The position numbers and the translations under genes are program-made. This document shows, one piece after another, positions 11,372 through 23,400 of a stretch of DNA of 64,000 bases; positions within the stretch are counted from its first letter, which is position 1; each line of letters opens with the position of its first letter. The stretch comes from Cyanidioschyzon merolae (Eukaryota), in the NCBI GenBank assembly GCA_000091205.1, contig AP006502.2. One strand, written 5' to 3'. A model generated the notes under the pieces. It ran no database searches. It was given only the letters and a program-made list of their open reading frames with translations, and had not been told where the DNA came from.

Positions 11372-13237
11372 CCCTGCGCGTAAAACTCAATGAAAACAAA
11401 GCGCGTGATACCTGGAAGCGCAAGGCGGATCGCAGAACAGAAATCTCTGTTCATTGTAGGAGAAATAGGCATTCGATCGATCCGAGTATGGACGCGTGGC
11501 CTGGGGAGCAAACAGCGCCGGCTGGTGGCGCCTCGAGGGCCGGTGGCGGCACGTGCCGCTTCCGCGCACAGGGCGGCGCTTTTGTTGTGGCCCGGACCTA
11601 GCGGGGAAGCCGACGGAGATGGTTCATATTTGTCTATTAATGAATAAGAATATGAAGCGGCAGCAGGGCAATCGAGGTCTCCGCGCTCTTGCGCGTACCC
11701 CGCTGGACAGGAAAATGCGTACGCGCGCGCGGCTCGCATCCGATGATCGACACCTGTGATCGATACACATGCGATACTGAACTGCTCGTGCTATCCCTGC
11801 GTTGTGACTTGTCGCAAATTGCAGCGTTAAACGGACAACCTAGAGATCAAAAGTGCATGCATAGGAGATTACGGGTGCATATATAGGTATACGATTTTTG
11901 ATCGATTTTGTTCGGAGTGGGTTCTTCGAAGCTTTTGCGCCTGGGATTCGTTACGTTCCCAGAAACAAGATGACTGGGGGCGGCGCCCACAAATAATGAT
12001 TGGGAAAATAACCAATGTCGCGATGCAGCGTATGCGTCCAAGTCTCCGCTATTCTTCTATCGTTACATGTATCATGTTCAAATCACGTATTCTTCGTGGT
12101 TTCGATCGCACTGTTCTGAAGCGAGTCGTGCACGCAGTAATGCACGTCGCCGGATTGGCCACGAAACCAGAGCTCAACGTCGACTCTCGAAGGCGTTTTT
12201 CACATCGAATCATTTGTCTCGTTCGAAACACAAATCCGCCTCTGTTTCGAGGCATCGACCAATCGGCATTCGCCTGGAGCATAATACCTGTCACGGGATA
12301 TGCTCGCAAGGGCCCCTGTCTCTTCTCTTTGCATTCAAAAAAGGGTACTGGACACGAGCTCCAGTTATCGCAACGATCACTTCCCGTGGACCATAAGCGG
12401 ATGGAAAACTCTCGATCTCTCCTCTAACCTGGATTCCGCTTCCGAAACGTGTTCCATCATGACCAAGATCGCGTTTCATAAATCCCGTCTCGAATGGAAC
12501 ACTGCGCGCTTGCGCTCGCGGAGGATACCCTATTTACTGCGTGAATCGCACAGAAAAAACATGTGATCATGCGATACGACGATGTGTGCGAAAATGCAGG
12601 ACGGTACCGAAAGAAGCCTTCCGTAGTGTCCAGGTACATGCGGCAATCGATGAAGCAAGCGTTCAAGCTGCACTAGCCGCCGATAAAAGAGAGGGCACTT
12701 GTTGCGATGGACATCTGGGACGCCTGACCGCTGCCAAGTGTCACTGCTGCGAGGGACGAACCGAGGTCGCGTTCGAAGAACGTGCGTAGATCACAACTTT
12801 TGCCGGTGCATGAATCGCGTGAACAACACCCAGAAGCAGCGAAATCGGCGACTTGGACGCTACGATCAATACCCCTTGACCGGCATTAACAGAGCTGAAC
12901 AGACAGGAGAGATCGACGTAATCTGAGCCTGAGACCATACGGAGGTAAGGCAGGCAGTCGGAGACGAATCCCTCAAAGACTTTTGTTCATGACTGTGGGA
13001 AGCATCCCAAACTTGAGAATGTACGCTCGAGTTAGACCAGTGGACCTGCACCTTTCGATTCTGATATCGCGAGATGCTCGGTCGAGCAAAGAAGCAGACG
13101 TCGACCGGGGGCTGGCGGGTACATCTATTCAGCCAATCCCAGACGCCTTCCAGCCTTTATTAGGCCGGCCGACTGCTAACGGTTTCAGTTTATCCGGGCA
13201 CACTTCGAACCTCAGAGGCAAACCCCACGAAGCTGGA

Positions 13238-13576
13238 TTACGTCAGGCCGTCGTGTCTCGTCTTCAGCACCACACAGCGTCTGATATTGATAGCAGCGTT
13301 GAAGCCCCGGGTCACGAACTCCATGCGTTTGTTGCCTCTGGTCGAACTCACAAGTGCAAGAATTGCTAGAACTCGTGCCCCATCAGAGCCACTACAGTCT
13401 CGACATTGTCCTGTCGGGCAAGCACCGTGTCCCGCACATCTCCGCTCTTCCTCGTCTTTTGCTTCTACATCACTTGCTCTTCTTCGCTCGATCGTCGGCG
13501 AGAAGAGGATTTTTCTGTTTCCTTTCCAGTACCCGGCGATCTCGGGCCCGCCAGGACCCCTGACTTGCACGTCCAT
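13238..13576 (-). pseudogene. Degenerate Fanzor/TnpB-like nuclease remnant (C-terminal zinc-finger and RuvC-III segment only)
   Basis: ORF ends ...CAGHGACPTGQCRDC..VLAILALVSSTRGNKRMEFVTRGFNAAINIRRCVVLKTRHD. Clearly homologous to the C-terminus of the intact Fanzor-like ORF at 43056-44669 ([38 protein letters not shown]). No RuvC-I or RuvC-II region precedes it; the upstream part is replaced by a minisatellite. Confidence 0.55.
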
Positions 13577-13782
13577 ATCCGCCCCTTGGGTTTCTTACTT
13601 GTCCAAACGAGCACATGTCGAAAACGTCCAGCATAAACCGCAAAAAAAAGCACTTGACGCAACGCACCTGGAGATGGAACGCAATTCAGATGAAAGTCCA
13701 GAACGCACGCTGCGGCACCGGATCGCCGCAAGATCGCAGGCGCGCAGCGTGCACAGACGGCGCCTTTGCCGCTGAGGGTAGC

Positions 13783-14010
13783 GTCCGTCACGAGAAGCGG
13801 CCTGTGCGCGTCTGTCACGAGAAGCGGCCTGTGCGCGTCTGTCACGAGAAGCGGCCTGTGCGCGTCTGTCACGAGAAGCGGCCTGTGCGCGTCTGTCACG
13901 AGAAGCGGCCTGTGCGCGTCTGTCACGAGAAGCGGCCTGTGCGCGTCTGTCACGAGAAGCGGCCTGTGCGCGTCTGTCACGAGAAGCGGCCTGTGCGCGT
14001 CTGTCACAGC
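13783..14010. repeat. 27-bp minisatellite (gtcacgagaagcggcctgtgcgcgtct), ~8 tandem copies
   Basis: Perfect period-27 repeats starting at 13787, 13814, ... 13976. They produce artefactual repetitive ORFs in three frames (13465-14025, 13615-14130, 13766-14116). Confidence 0.9.
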
Positions 14011-14075
14011 TGGGAACGGCTGCACAGCAGTGCTTCGCGCTCACTTGGCTGTTCCAGGAAAGCACATCTGGGGCT

Positions 14076-14366
14076 ATGTCGACGTCAAGGTTGTGTACAA
14101 GTTTCCGAGCGATTAACGGCCGGGGCTTAGGGACTCTCGTTCCACGGCGAGGGCTGCACCAGACAACAGCGAGAAACCGAGCGACGCACGGCGAACACGA
14201 CGAACACCACGATGTGTACGGGTACCTGCACGCTCCGCACATGTACGACTTGAGTCACGCAAGCAAGTGGAAGTACGGCATTGCGACGTTTACATTTGTT
14301 ACAACAGGGCTGGGATTGCCTTTCTTCATGGTATGGTACTCGCAGAAAAAAGCCGGCATATGGTAA
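14076..14366 (+). CDS. Small mitochondrial single-TM protein, cytochrome c oxidase subunit 7C/Cox8-like
   Basis: 96 aa. Arg-rich presequence-like N-terminus, then KWKYGIATFTFVTTGLGLPFFMVWYSQKK, aligning with the COX7C KW-x16-PF-x-V-x6-K transmembrane signature. Assignment made from memory of COX7C only. Confidence 0.4.
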   Translation: MSTSRLCTSFRAINGRGLGTLVPRRGLHQTTARNRATHGEHDEHHDVYGYLHAPHMYDLSHASKWKYGIATFTFVTTGLGLPFFMVWYSQKKAGIW

Positions 14367-14471
14367 GACGGTTTCGATCAAGGTATTGTTGCTGGGGCTG
14401 TTGGCTGCTTCTTGAGGTTGGCGTCTCGTGTCCAACTTGTAAACACTACTTGTTTCTGAGTAACCCACGTT

Positions 14472-15128
14472 TTAGAGATACCGTTGGGGGAAGGAGAAAA
14501 TAGGTTCCATAAGAGAAGCAGCGCTCGGCAAACCAGACGCAGACGTGAGTACGTCGCGCACAAGCAGCGGCGGTTCAAGGCCCAGCGCCTGGGCACGTTC
14601 CCAGCGCTCGAGGCGACTGATACCTACACAAGGGCCGTATCGCACATCGAGGTCAAACATACGTAAAATATCTTCAGCATTTTCGTATCCCTCTGGACTT
14701 GCTGTCAAAGTGGAGGCACCGCCCCCGACTGTCGCTCCCTGCAATGTCGCTGTCGTCAGCGTTCTTGACGGCCTCGGAGCCTTCGTTGGCGTCTCCGGTG
14801 ATAACGTTCCTGACCTTGGTGCCGCCTCCTCAAACGTGCCAGGCTGGTGCGCTTTGTGTAACACGCGCACAGGTGTCGTCGAACCTGGTACGCTTCGTGC
14901 GGAAGCGGTCTGCGCGGCGCCAGACTTGGAAGCGCCACTTAAGGTCGATTTTCGACTCGTTGCTTCCATACGCAGCGTCTGTCTATCATGCTTTTGGTTT
15001 CGTGCGCTAGCCCTTGGAGAGCTGGCAGCTGCCGCGCCACCGGTCGCCTTCGAGACGCCCTCCGAAGTGACGTGCTGCTTGGCAGCGCGGGACCTGCCTC
15101 CTTGCCTCGTTCGCGTCGACACTGGCAT
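14472..15128 (-). CDS. POLD4: DNA polymerase delta subunit 4 (p12/Cdm1)-like protein with a long low-complexity N-terminal extension
   Basis: C-terminus ILRMFDLDVRYGPCVGISRLERWERAQALGLEPP matches the conserved POLD4 motif FDLxxxYGPCxGIxRLxRWxRAxxxGLEPP. The real start may be an internal Met. Confidence 0.5.
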   Translation of the reverse strand: MPVSTRTRQGGRSRAAKQHVTSEGVSKATGGAAAASSPRASARNQKHDRQTLRMEATSRKSTLSGASKSGAAQTASARSVPGSTTPVRVLHKAHQPGTFEEAAPRSGTLSPETPTKAPRPSRTLTTATLQGATVGGGASTLTASPEGYENAEDILRMFDLDVRYGPCVGISRLERWERAQALGLEPPLLVRDVLTSASGLPSAASLMEPIFSFPQRYL

Positions 15129-15449
15129 CTTCCGATAAAAACCTTAAAATAAATTCACCTGAGAACTTGTTTCCAGTACCAGACTATACCAAATCGAAGG
15201 TTTCATGAAACGCATTCCTCTGAGAAGCTCGCGATCGAACGACAGAGGAAGCGCTGCGGGCGATGTTGTGCTGCACGTCCGGCTGCGGCCGGTAACGCGC
15301 TGGCCGCCCGAACGACGACTTGTCGCGGTTCACGACGCTGTTCAACGCAGATTCGCGCTCTACACGGTACCAGCAACACGTAGTACAAGCAACACGACAC
15401 ACTGTCTTGGGAAGCACGCTTCCAAAAGCCTTGTGAACCGCTTAATTCA

Positions 15450-16196
15450 ATGGCGCTTCGCGTTCAGTTCGAGAACAATAACGATATCGGGTGTTTCGCC
15501 CGACTCACGAACGCTTACTGCCTGGTAGCCGTCGGCGGAAGTGAAGCGTTCTACTCGGCGTTCGAAGCGGAGCTTGCGGATCATATTCCTGTCATTCACG
15601 CTTCTGTCGCTGGTTGCCGCATCATCGGCCGGCTGTGCGTGGGTAATAAGCACGGCCTACTGCTTCCGAGCACCACGAACGATCAGGAGCTTCTACACAT
15701 CCGGAACTCGTTACCCGAGAGTATCGTAGTGCAGCGCGTCGAAGAGCGTTTATCTGCTCTGGGCAACTGCATCGCTTGTAACGACTACGCTGCGCTGGTG
15801 CATACGGACTTGGATCGTGAAACGGAGGAAATCATAGCGGATACTCTGCAGGTGGAGACGTTTCGTCAGACGCTTGCTGGCGAGGCGCTCGTTGGCAGTT
15901 ACTGTTACTTCACGAATCAAGGCGGCGTTGTTCACCCTATGTGTAGAGTGGAGGACCTAGATGAGCTCAGCGGCCTCTTGCAGGTCCCGCTGGTCGCAGG
16001 CACCGTCAACCGAGGCAGTGAAGTGATTGGAGCGGGGATCGTCGCCAACGACTGGCTCGGCTACTGCGGCTTTGCGACGACCGCAACAGAGCTATCTGTT
16101 GTGGAGAGCATTCTCAAGCTACGGACTTGGGCTGATAACAATGCATACGATTCGAGCGGTGCATTCAAGTCGGCGCTTATTGATGCCTTGGCTTGA
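15450..16196 (+). CDS. EIF6: Eukaryotic translation initiation factor 6 (eIF6)
   Basis: 248 aa, collinear with eIF6 throughout ([27 protein letters not shown]..., [81 protein letters not shown]). Confidence 0.92.
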   Translation: MALRVQFENNNDIGCFARLTNAYCLVAVGGSEAFYSAFEAELADHIPVIHASVAGCRIIGRLCVGNKHGLLLPSTTNDQELLHIRNSLPESIVVQRVEERLSALGNCIACNDYAALVHTDLDRETEEIIADTLQVETFRQTLAGEALVGSYCYFTNQGGVVHPMCRVEDLDELSGLLQVPLVAGTVNRGSEVIGAGIVANDWLGYCGFATTATELSVVESILKLRTWADNNAYDSSGAFKSALIDALA

Positions 16197-17349
16197 GTTG
16201 CTCCTGCAGCGCACGCAGAGCATATTGGGATACTCGTGAAAGCCGGGGACACCTACGCCTCGAGTTGTCTGCAGAGCACTGATGGAACCGTCTGGGCTGG
16301 GAATTGGGCAAGTGCCCATCCAGATGCAATTTGAGGTGCACGAATGCATAGCTAGAAGGATGGCGTCCAAGCGGGTAGCTGCGCTCTCGTGCACCTCGTG
16401 TCTTTGCTTGAGGCGTAACACAAGCGCAGCGCCATCCTGGTATTCCGCGTCTGGGCTACATAGACAATGGTACTGGTGCGGCTCCGGTGTCATCGTTCGT
16501 GTGAAGCCTTTATGAGCAAGACAACGTAGACGCTGCAAGTTGCGTACGATGACTCGATGACAAATAGGCTCTACGCAGAGCACAGCACTCATCACGCTTG
16601 AGATGGTAGCGCTTCGGTGGCACTCCCGTGTGGTTGGCTAGAATACCAACAGCCTCTCAACAAAGATAGTCTGGGACAAGACGATGTCGGCAGCAGGACC
16701 TGTCAGAGGCGATCAGTACTCCCTATATCGTTTCTGGAACAAAGCTGTCGTGAGAGACGCATGATTTCACTGCATTGCACCACTGCTGAGTAATCGAGAT
16801 TTGTATGCATCCGTGCTTCCGGGATTGAACGTAACGCATTTCAAGTCGGTTGGTTGCGTAAGCAAGCAGGCGCTGCTGGCTACGGTGTGCTCGAAAGCGC
16901 GCGCACGTCCACGAGTGAACGTCATGGAAGCGTGCGAATGCGCTCCTCGATCATCTCTTCAACGCTTGCATGTCGCTCGTCTGCGCTTGTGCGGTGCTTT
17001 CCGTTCCGTCTTTCGATACCTTTCAAACTTGGCACCTGGGACTTGTTCAGTTTATGCCCATGACAGCCAAAGTGGATGCAGAGCAACATCGCTTGCGCTT
17101 CATGCTCGCCGGACGCAAACGCATTCGTTCCCACAGAAAACGTCACGCGCAAAACCCCGCTTGTTGGGCGGGCATGCGCAGCAAATCCGGGACCGCTGAC
17201 AAAGGTGTTGCCATTCCTGCTCATCATGGCGTTGTGCTGAGGTCTCGGCTCGTTTGGAGCCGTGTAGCTCATGTGGCTCCATAGCGCGCAAGTATGCACC
17301 GCAGCTTCGCCAGTTGAAATTCGGCAGCCACGTGTGTATTCTGCGAGAA

Positions 17350-20110
17350 ACTCAGTAATATCGAATAATGCAACACCATTCTCGATTGGCAGTCGCCCAG
17401 GGATACCATTCCGACTACATAAATACGATGTTGCAGACTTGTTGTATTCCTGACCATACCATACTACTGAATTGCTCCAGGCGAGAATCAGATGCCGCCT
17501 CTCTAATGTCCTTGAATTCGTTTATCAAAGGTCGTCAGCGATTCAGGGCAATGCCCACGGCCTGTACGCAACGATCCGCTCCGGGGTCCGTTCGATGCAG
17601 AGCTCATGCGCGTTTCGCTAGCAGAGGCCATCTCCGAACGTTGTTCGACAGACGCTCATATCTCGATCCATAAAGGGCCGTCACACGCTTCGACAGGTAA
17701 ACGCACACAACTGCATGCCGCTCGCTCTCGTTGCTCGCTGCATCGGACGTTATCTCAGCGTACCGTGCAACATCTCGAGCGTCCGGCTCTGTTTCACGCT
17801 CTTCTCCTCTACCGGCATCAGCGCGCAACCGTGCTCTTGATTTCTGCATATTGTCCTGCATCCATCGATAAGCATCGGAAAGAATCGATTCCTTCGCTCG
17901 TTGCACGCTCTCGTAGACGCAGCAGGAATGCAGCCCGAGCGCGTTCCAGCACCTCGAGCGGCAGTGCGCTGCCACCGAACAGCACGACGCATCATGCACT
18001 ATCGGGTTCATGTTCATGTTCATGTTCAAGTCCATGTCCTTGATCAAGTCCTTGAGCGTGTCCACGTCCATGTCCATTTCATGGAAACCGTTGGCCAGTC
18101 TGCGCTTCTTGCCTCCGTGCAGCCGGAGCATCGGCGAGTCCGGTGCGGCTCCATCTAGTGCCTCCATAGATTGTCTGCATGAGCCATTTGGACGCTCATG
18201 TGCTCCGTGAATGCGGCGTTCAGAGAATACCTCAGACCGCTGGATTCAGCGCTCAGAGCGTCAACATGGGTCACGACGCTGTCCTTGCACTCGCTGGTAG
18301 ACCGCTGGGCGCCCGCCATGTCGGGCTCCCGTTCATGCCCTTCCCTGCACAAGCTGCGCAGTTGCATTTGCTCGCCCTGAGGATCTCCGGATACATCCCC
18401 TCGATGTAGAGATACTGCATCTGAGATGACGGTTTCCAGCTGCGGATCCGGGTCCGCCGCAATGTCCGTCTCATCGTCTACCCTGACAGGTTCAAAAAGC
18501 TGCTCGTCGGCTGACGCTGGCCTCGGTTTCATGGAGTCTGTATTTGTGTGTGTGTGCGTGTGCGTATGTGTGCAGACGGACAGTCCGTCGGTGCATCGTC
18601 CCTGTGCATTTCGTCTTGTTTCCTTCGTGTGACAGAGAAACCTTGAACGAGCCTCTGCTCTGCTCTGCTCTGCTCTGCTTGAGGCTGCTCGAGCGATACG
18701 TCGCTGCTCGAAGAGATACCAGACCCTCTTCGCTATCCGCTTCACTTGGATGCCCGGTCATGGTCTGGTTGCTATGCTCTACGTCTGTTTTCCTCCTTGA
18801 GAAGCACACGGACTGGATGGGCACTGTTACTAAGACTCGCCTTCTCTGTGTATGTATCGACGCTCTCTCGGACACGTTTTCGTTACCTTCTTGAACGCGA
18901 GCGTGTCCACGCACTGAAACGTGCCCCTGCGCTCCCTCCTGTGCAAGAGACGCGGCCCAACACGGTAGTTCAGGGCTGGTGGAGGTATCGCAAGCGTCGT
19001 CGAAAAACTCGAGTGTTACGGACGTGACTGACGCACCGCTAGATCCGTGAGCGTCAGAGCGGCTTTTGACAACAGAAAAGACGCTTTCGACTGGAATGGA
19101 CCAAGGGAGAGTAGACTGGCAGGAAGCGCAGCTCTACGCAGTCTCAGCTGCATACTCGGTGACTGCTTCTTGTTGTGACGGGAACCGACGTTTTCTAGCA
19201 GCAGGACAGAAGAGCTTGGGAACGAGGTTCCATGAGCACTTCTCAGAAGATTGAGGTTTTTGAAGGATCCGGGCTGTTCAGCGATCTCGGGGCGACCAGA
19301 CGTGTTACCCGCCGCTAGCTAGGACTGTTGTTGCCGTCGCGCTCGCTTGTCTTGGCTGAACGAACTGCGAATCGCCCCTCTTTAACTACCCGTGCGCAAG
19401 TCTACGCGTTCTCACGAACAAAGTCGCATCGAGTGAGACATGCAGCAGTCTGTCCCACGGTAAGCGATCCCTGCACAATACAAATGCAAAGCTGAGCTGA
19501 GCTGAGCTGAGCTGAGCTGAGCTGAGCTAAGCTGAGCTGAGCTGTCCGACACAGGATACGTTCCGGTGGCATCGCGCTTTCTCCCGTGTCCATTGGTGGC
19601 CCTTCACCGCTCTTCGTATCATGGGTACGGAAGTTTCAGAAACTGTGGCTTCGACAGTAAAGCTTCATAGCGAACGCTTGGAGACGAATGGAACGACGAG
19701 ACGACGGTCGTGGAGATCGAGGTCCATAGGTTGCACGTCGGGTGCACCATGTCCAGACCGAGGACTAGGCAGCGAATGGCCCGTGCATCTGCCCACCGAA
19801 GAATGCCTGAATACTACACCTAAGATCCTCTGTCGCATGCTACCAGAGACATCACAAAGTCGTCCCGCAACGCTCTTCCAACATGCTGGATACAGTCCAT
19901 TAGTTGAGTGCCTGCGAGAAAAACAGAGGACGACGATGAAAACGGCGTGCTGGTACAGGAGCTCCAGAATGCACTGCTCTGTTTATAGGCTCTCGATAGA
20001 TGCCAAGTACTGGTGTGGGGCGAGCACGCTTGTACCGCCAATTACCACGTCAATCTGCAGATGTGTAGCGAGTCCTCGTATCAGCTCCACTTCAAGAGCG
20101 GTGACTCCAC
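17350..20110. repeat. Segmental duplication copy B (direct repeat of ~4725-7468)
   Basis: Same ORF translations as copy A, with microsatellite length differences: (ATGTTC) 3 vs 7 units, (GAGCT) ~11 vs 4 units, (GT)n variants. Ends inside a truncated copy of the Sec1 3' end. Confidence 0.85.
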
Positions 20111-20111
20111 C
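19983..20111 (-). pseudogene. Truncated duplicate of the Sec1/Munc18 gene 3' end (last ~42 codons) carried by duplication copy B
   Basis: ORF 19983-20231 ends WGGVTALEVELIRGLATHLQIDVVIGGTSVLAPHQYLASIESL. This is near-identical to the C-terminus of the 7340-11371 Sec1 ORF (...GGVTALEVEQIRGLATHLQIDVVIGGTSVLSPHQYLASIESL). The upstream part of that ORF is unrelated. Confidence 0.65.
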
Positions 20112-20490
20112 CCAGTAGCCCGGCCTTGCCCGTTCCACATGATCGACGATTCTCAGTCGATATATCCCTCCGATAAAGAGCGTGCCCTTGGCGACGCAAG
20201 AGTGCACTCGCCCGCACGCCGCACCAATCACAGAAATCGCTGCACGAAAAGCGCCGAGTACAAACTATATCGAATGCCAAGGAGTTCTTGTGCCGTAGTG
20301 GGCTCTCTTCGTTTGCGTGTTAGAGTTCTTGCAGCTTACCAAACACAGAAAGTAAGGAGGCGGACTGCCAGATTCACTCCAGGGTGCTTTTAGTGGCCGC
20401 TACTGCCGCTAAGCGCAGGTCGGGAGCGCAGCGCGCGGGCGAGGAACTCGTTTTGGAACGGGCGCGCCTAGTTGGTCGTCGCTTCAGCAA

Positions 20491-23400
20491 GTGCGCTGCA
20501 TGAACACGTCGCCAAGGTTACGAGGTCAGCGTCGATCGGACTATGCTGCGTATGCAGGTCGTCGACGACAGCCTGCATCGTCGTTGTCGTGCGCGGTTGG
20601 CGCTGAACTGAAAGCCGCTGCTCATGCAGAGCCTGTCTCTCCAGGTAACGAGATACCGCGCACCACTGGCGAGGGTGAACGTACCGGTACGGCCGTGCAA
20701 GGTCCGACAACTTCTCGGATTGATGCACTTCTAACGAAGCAGGCGCTTTCGGACGAGTTACTGATGTCAAAGCTTAGCGACCGTCTGCGGGAACTGGCAC
20801 GGAGAGCTGCAGCCTCTCGTGACGAGCACCTTCGTCAGGCGCAGCTCTTGCAAACGCGAGCTGAACGTGAACAGAAACGAAAGCTAGTGCGCAGCCACGG
20901 TGATGTGAGGCCCCTGAAACGAGACGCAGCTGGTTCGAGCGTGCTGCACACAACAGCACCACGGGGAACCGGCGAGCAGGCAAGCCCGCCTCGCTCCACG
21001 TTCCGGGACGCTGGCTCCATGGACTGGAAGTCGAGCGCGGAGGAGCCAGCCCGACTGACTCTAGACGAGCAGGTTTTGCAACATTTAACAAAAGGTCATG
21101 AATCGGGAGGAACCTCCACGTCTGCGGCTTTAGAGAAGCGCTGTCAGGCGTCCATCGAGGCCCTCGATACCACTGTTCTGGGTTTTTCTGATGCTGATGC
21201 TGCGTCGCAGCGCCTAGCGGAGGACCGCATACTGCGTGAAGCCACCGAAATCCAACAGCGCAACCTGGAGCTTGCGAAAGCGCGCCTGCCGAAGCAACCG
21301 GAACCGCCGCGCTCGAAGACACACCACGACTATCTCTGTGAGGCGATGATCTGGCTAGCCACTGATTATCGAGAGCGCTTCAAGTGGCACGCTGCTTTTC
21401 GAGCACGACTCGCTCGCGCTATCCACAGATTTCATGAAGAACGGAAGCAGCGGGACGCACGTGACTCCCAGGCACGAGAGGTCGCGCGTATACGACGAGC
21501 TCGCCTGTTGAGTCGGCACGTTCAAAAGTTCTGGGAGTCACTCTTCCATATGATGATATGGGAACAGCAGGCACAGGACGAGCGCCTTGCAAAGCGCAAA
21601 CGACAACGGGCTTTGGATTCCCTTGTTCACCAGACTGAAGACTACGTCAAGGTCCTGGCAGAAGAACTAGCGACTTGTGACTCGGAACAGATGGTTGTGG
21701 ATGGAGAGCCATATTCTACCGCGGAACTTGCGACAGGAAGGGAATCGGATCGGGCATCGCAAACGCAGCTCCCGGAGATAACCGCAGATACCGCAGCGAA
21801 TGGAACGATACGCGAGTCGGATACGCAGTCTCTGATGCCGCGCGCTACCAACGAAGTGCACTTGTCGACGAGCCGAGCACGAAGGCCACTTCCTGGTTGC
21901 TTGATGAGCAGCGCGGACGCATCAGTTGATGATGTTGGTACTGGCGGTTACGGAACGCAGCGACAAATTGGATCGATGCCAGGGACTGCGGATTCGGTCT
22001 ACTCCAGTGCGCAGCGACTGGGAGACGCCTCGCCCGAAGATCGTGGTGATGGTGATGGCGGTACAGCACTGCTACCAACGAAACCGGAAGTAGCTGCGAA
22101 CATGTCCGAAAGGTTGCCAAATACATCGCTGGGAGCAGCCGCTGCACCCGATGTTGAAGAGCATTCGGGAAACGCAACCCAGACCAGCTGTGCTGCACTG
22201 TCCACGAAAGAGGCACTTGAGCGGCCGGCATCGTTCCGCTCCGTGGACGACGCTTTGCGTATTCTCTTTCGAGGCCGCTTGCGCCCCTATCAACACGCCG
22301 GCCTACAATGGCTCATTGCCTTGAACGAGAAGGGTCTCAATGGTATGCTGGCAGACGACATGGGCCTGGGCAAGACCATCCAGACAATAGCGCTGTTGGC
22401 TTGGCTGGCAACTGCAAAACAGGACTGGGGTCCGCATCTGATCGTGGTACCCACCTCTGTGGTCATGAATTGGAACATTGAATTCAAAAAGTTCGCCCCA
22501 GGCCTCAAGGTGCTTTGTTATTTCGGGACGCCCACCGAACGAGCTGCCAAGCGCCGCGGCTGGACCAAACCCAATGCTTTCCACGTTTGTGTCACGTCTT
22601 ACCACATGGTGGTGCAGGACGCCACCGTCTTTCGTCGACAGCAATGGAGCTATCTCGTGCTCGATGAAGCGCAACACATCAAGAACTTTCAGAGCCAAAA
22701 ATGGCAGACATTGCTCACCTTCCATTCGCGGCATCGTTTACTGCTGACCGGAACGCCGCTGCAGAACTCGCTGATAGAATTGTGGTCGCTGTTACATTTC
22801 CTCATGCCAAATGTTTTCCAAAGCCATAGCGAATTCCGGGAGTGGTTTCAGGAACCTATCGAGACGCTCATTCAAGCCGATGCAAGCGTCCAGGAGAGCA
22901 TGGTTGAACGTCTGCACCGCGTTATTCGTCCCTTTGTGCTTCGACGCCTGAAGCGCGACGTGGAGCGTGAGCTGCCCCCGAAAACCGAGGAAATTGTCTG
23001 GTGTTCACTAAGCAAACGGCAACGAGAGCTCTACGATGACTTTATGAGTCGAGCAGCTACGCGGGAGAAGCTACTCAGCGGAAATTACCTGTCTGTGATG
23101 AATGTGCTCATCCAGCTGCGCAAGGTTTGTAACCATCCGGACTTGTTTGCAGGGCGACCCATCGACGAGCCCTACGCAAGTCAACGACCGCTGACGATCT
23201 TCATTCCGCACATCATACGAGCAGAAGCAGCGTCTGAGACGGCGCAGCGCCGGGCACCCCGCCTCGTCGATGAATCCATGTCTCGCGAGGACGCTGCTCG
23301 GATACGAGCCCTTACCGCCGCCGCGCGAATGCTCGCAGAGACTTCAGCGTGTCCGACGACATGCTCCGATTCGCAGGCCATATCGCGGGCATCGTTTGCG

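Noticed and set aside
13465-14130. Three long overlapping ORFs (13465-14025 minus; 13615-14130 and 13766-14116 plus) with striking repetitive peptides
   Set aside because: They are translations of the 27-bp minisatellite in different frames and strands (period 27 = 9 codons keeps every frame open). They are artefacts, not genes, and not a CRISPR array (perfect tandem units without spacers, eukaryotic context).
4725-20110. Possibility that the two 2.75-kb direct repeats are LTRs of a retrotransposon
   Set aside because: The internal region encodes housekeeping genes (Sec1/Munc18, eIF6, POLD4-like, COX7C-like) and no RT, integrase or gag-like ORF. The repeat edge falls inside the Sec1 coding sequence, so segmental duplication is the better explanation.
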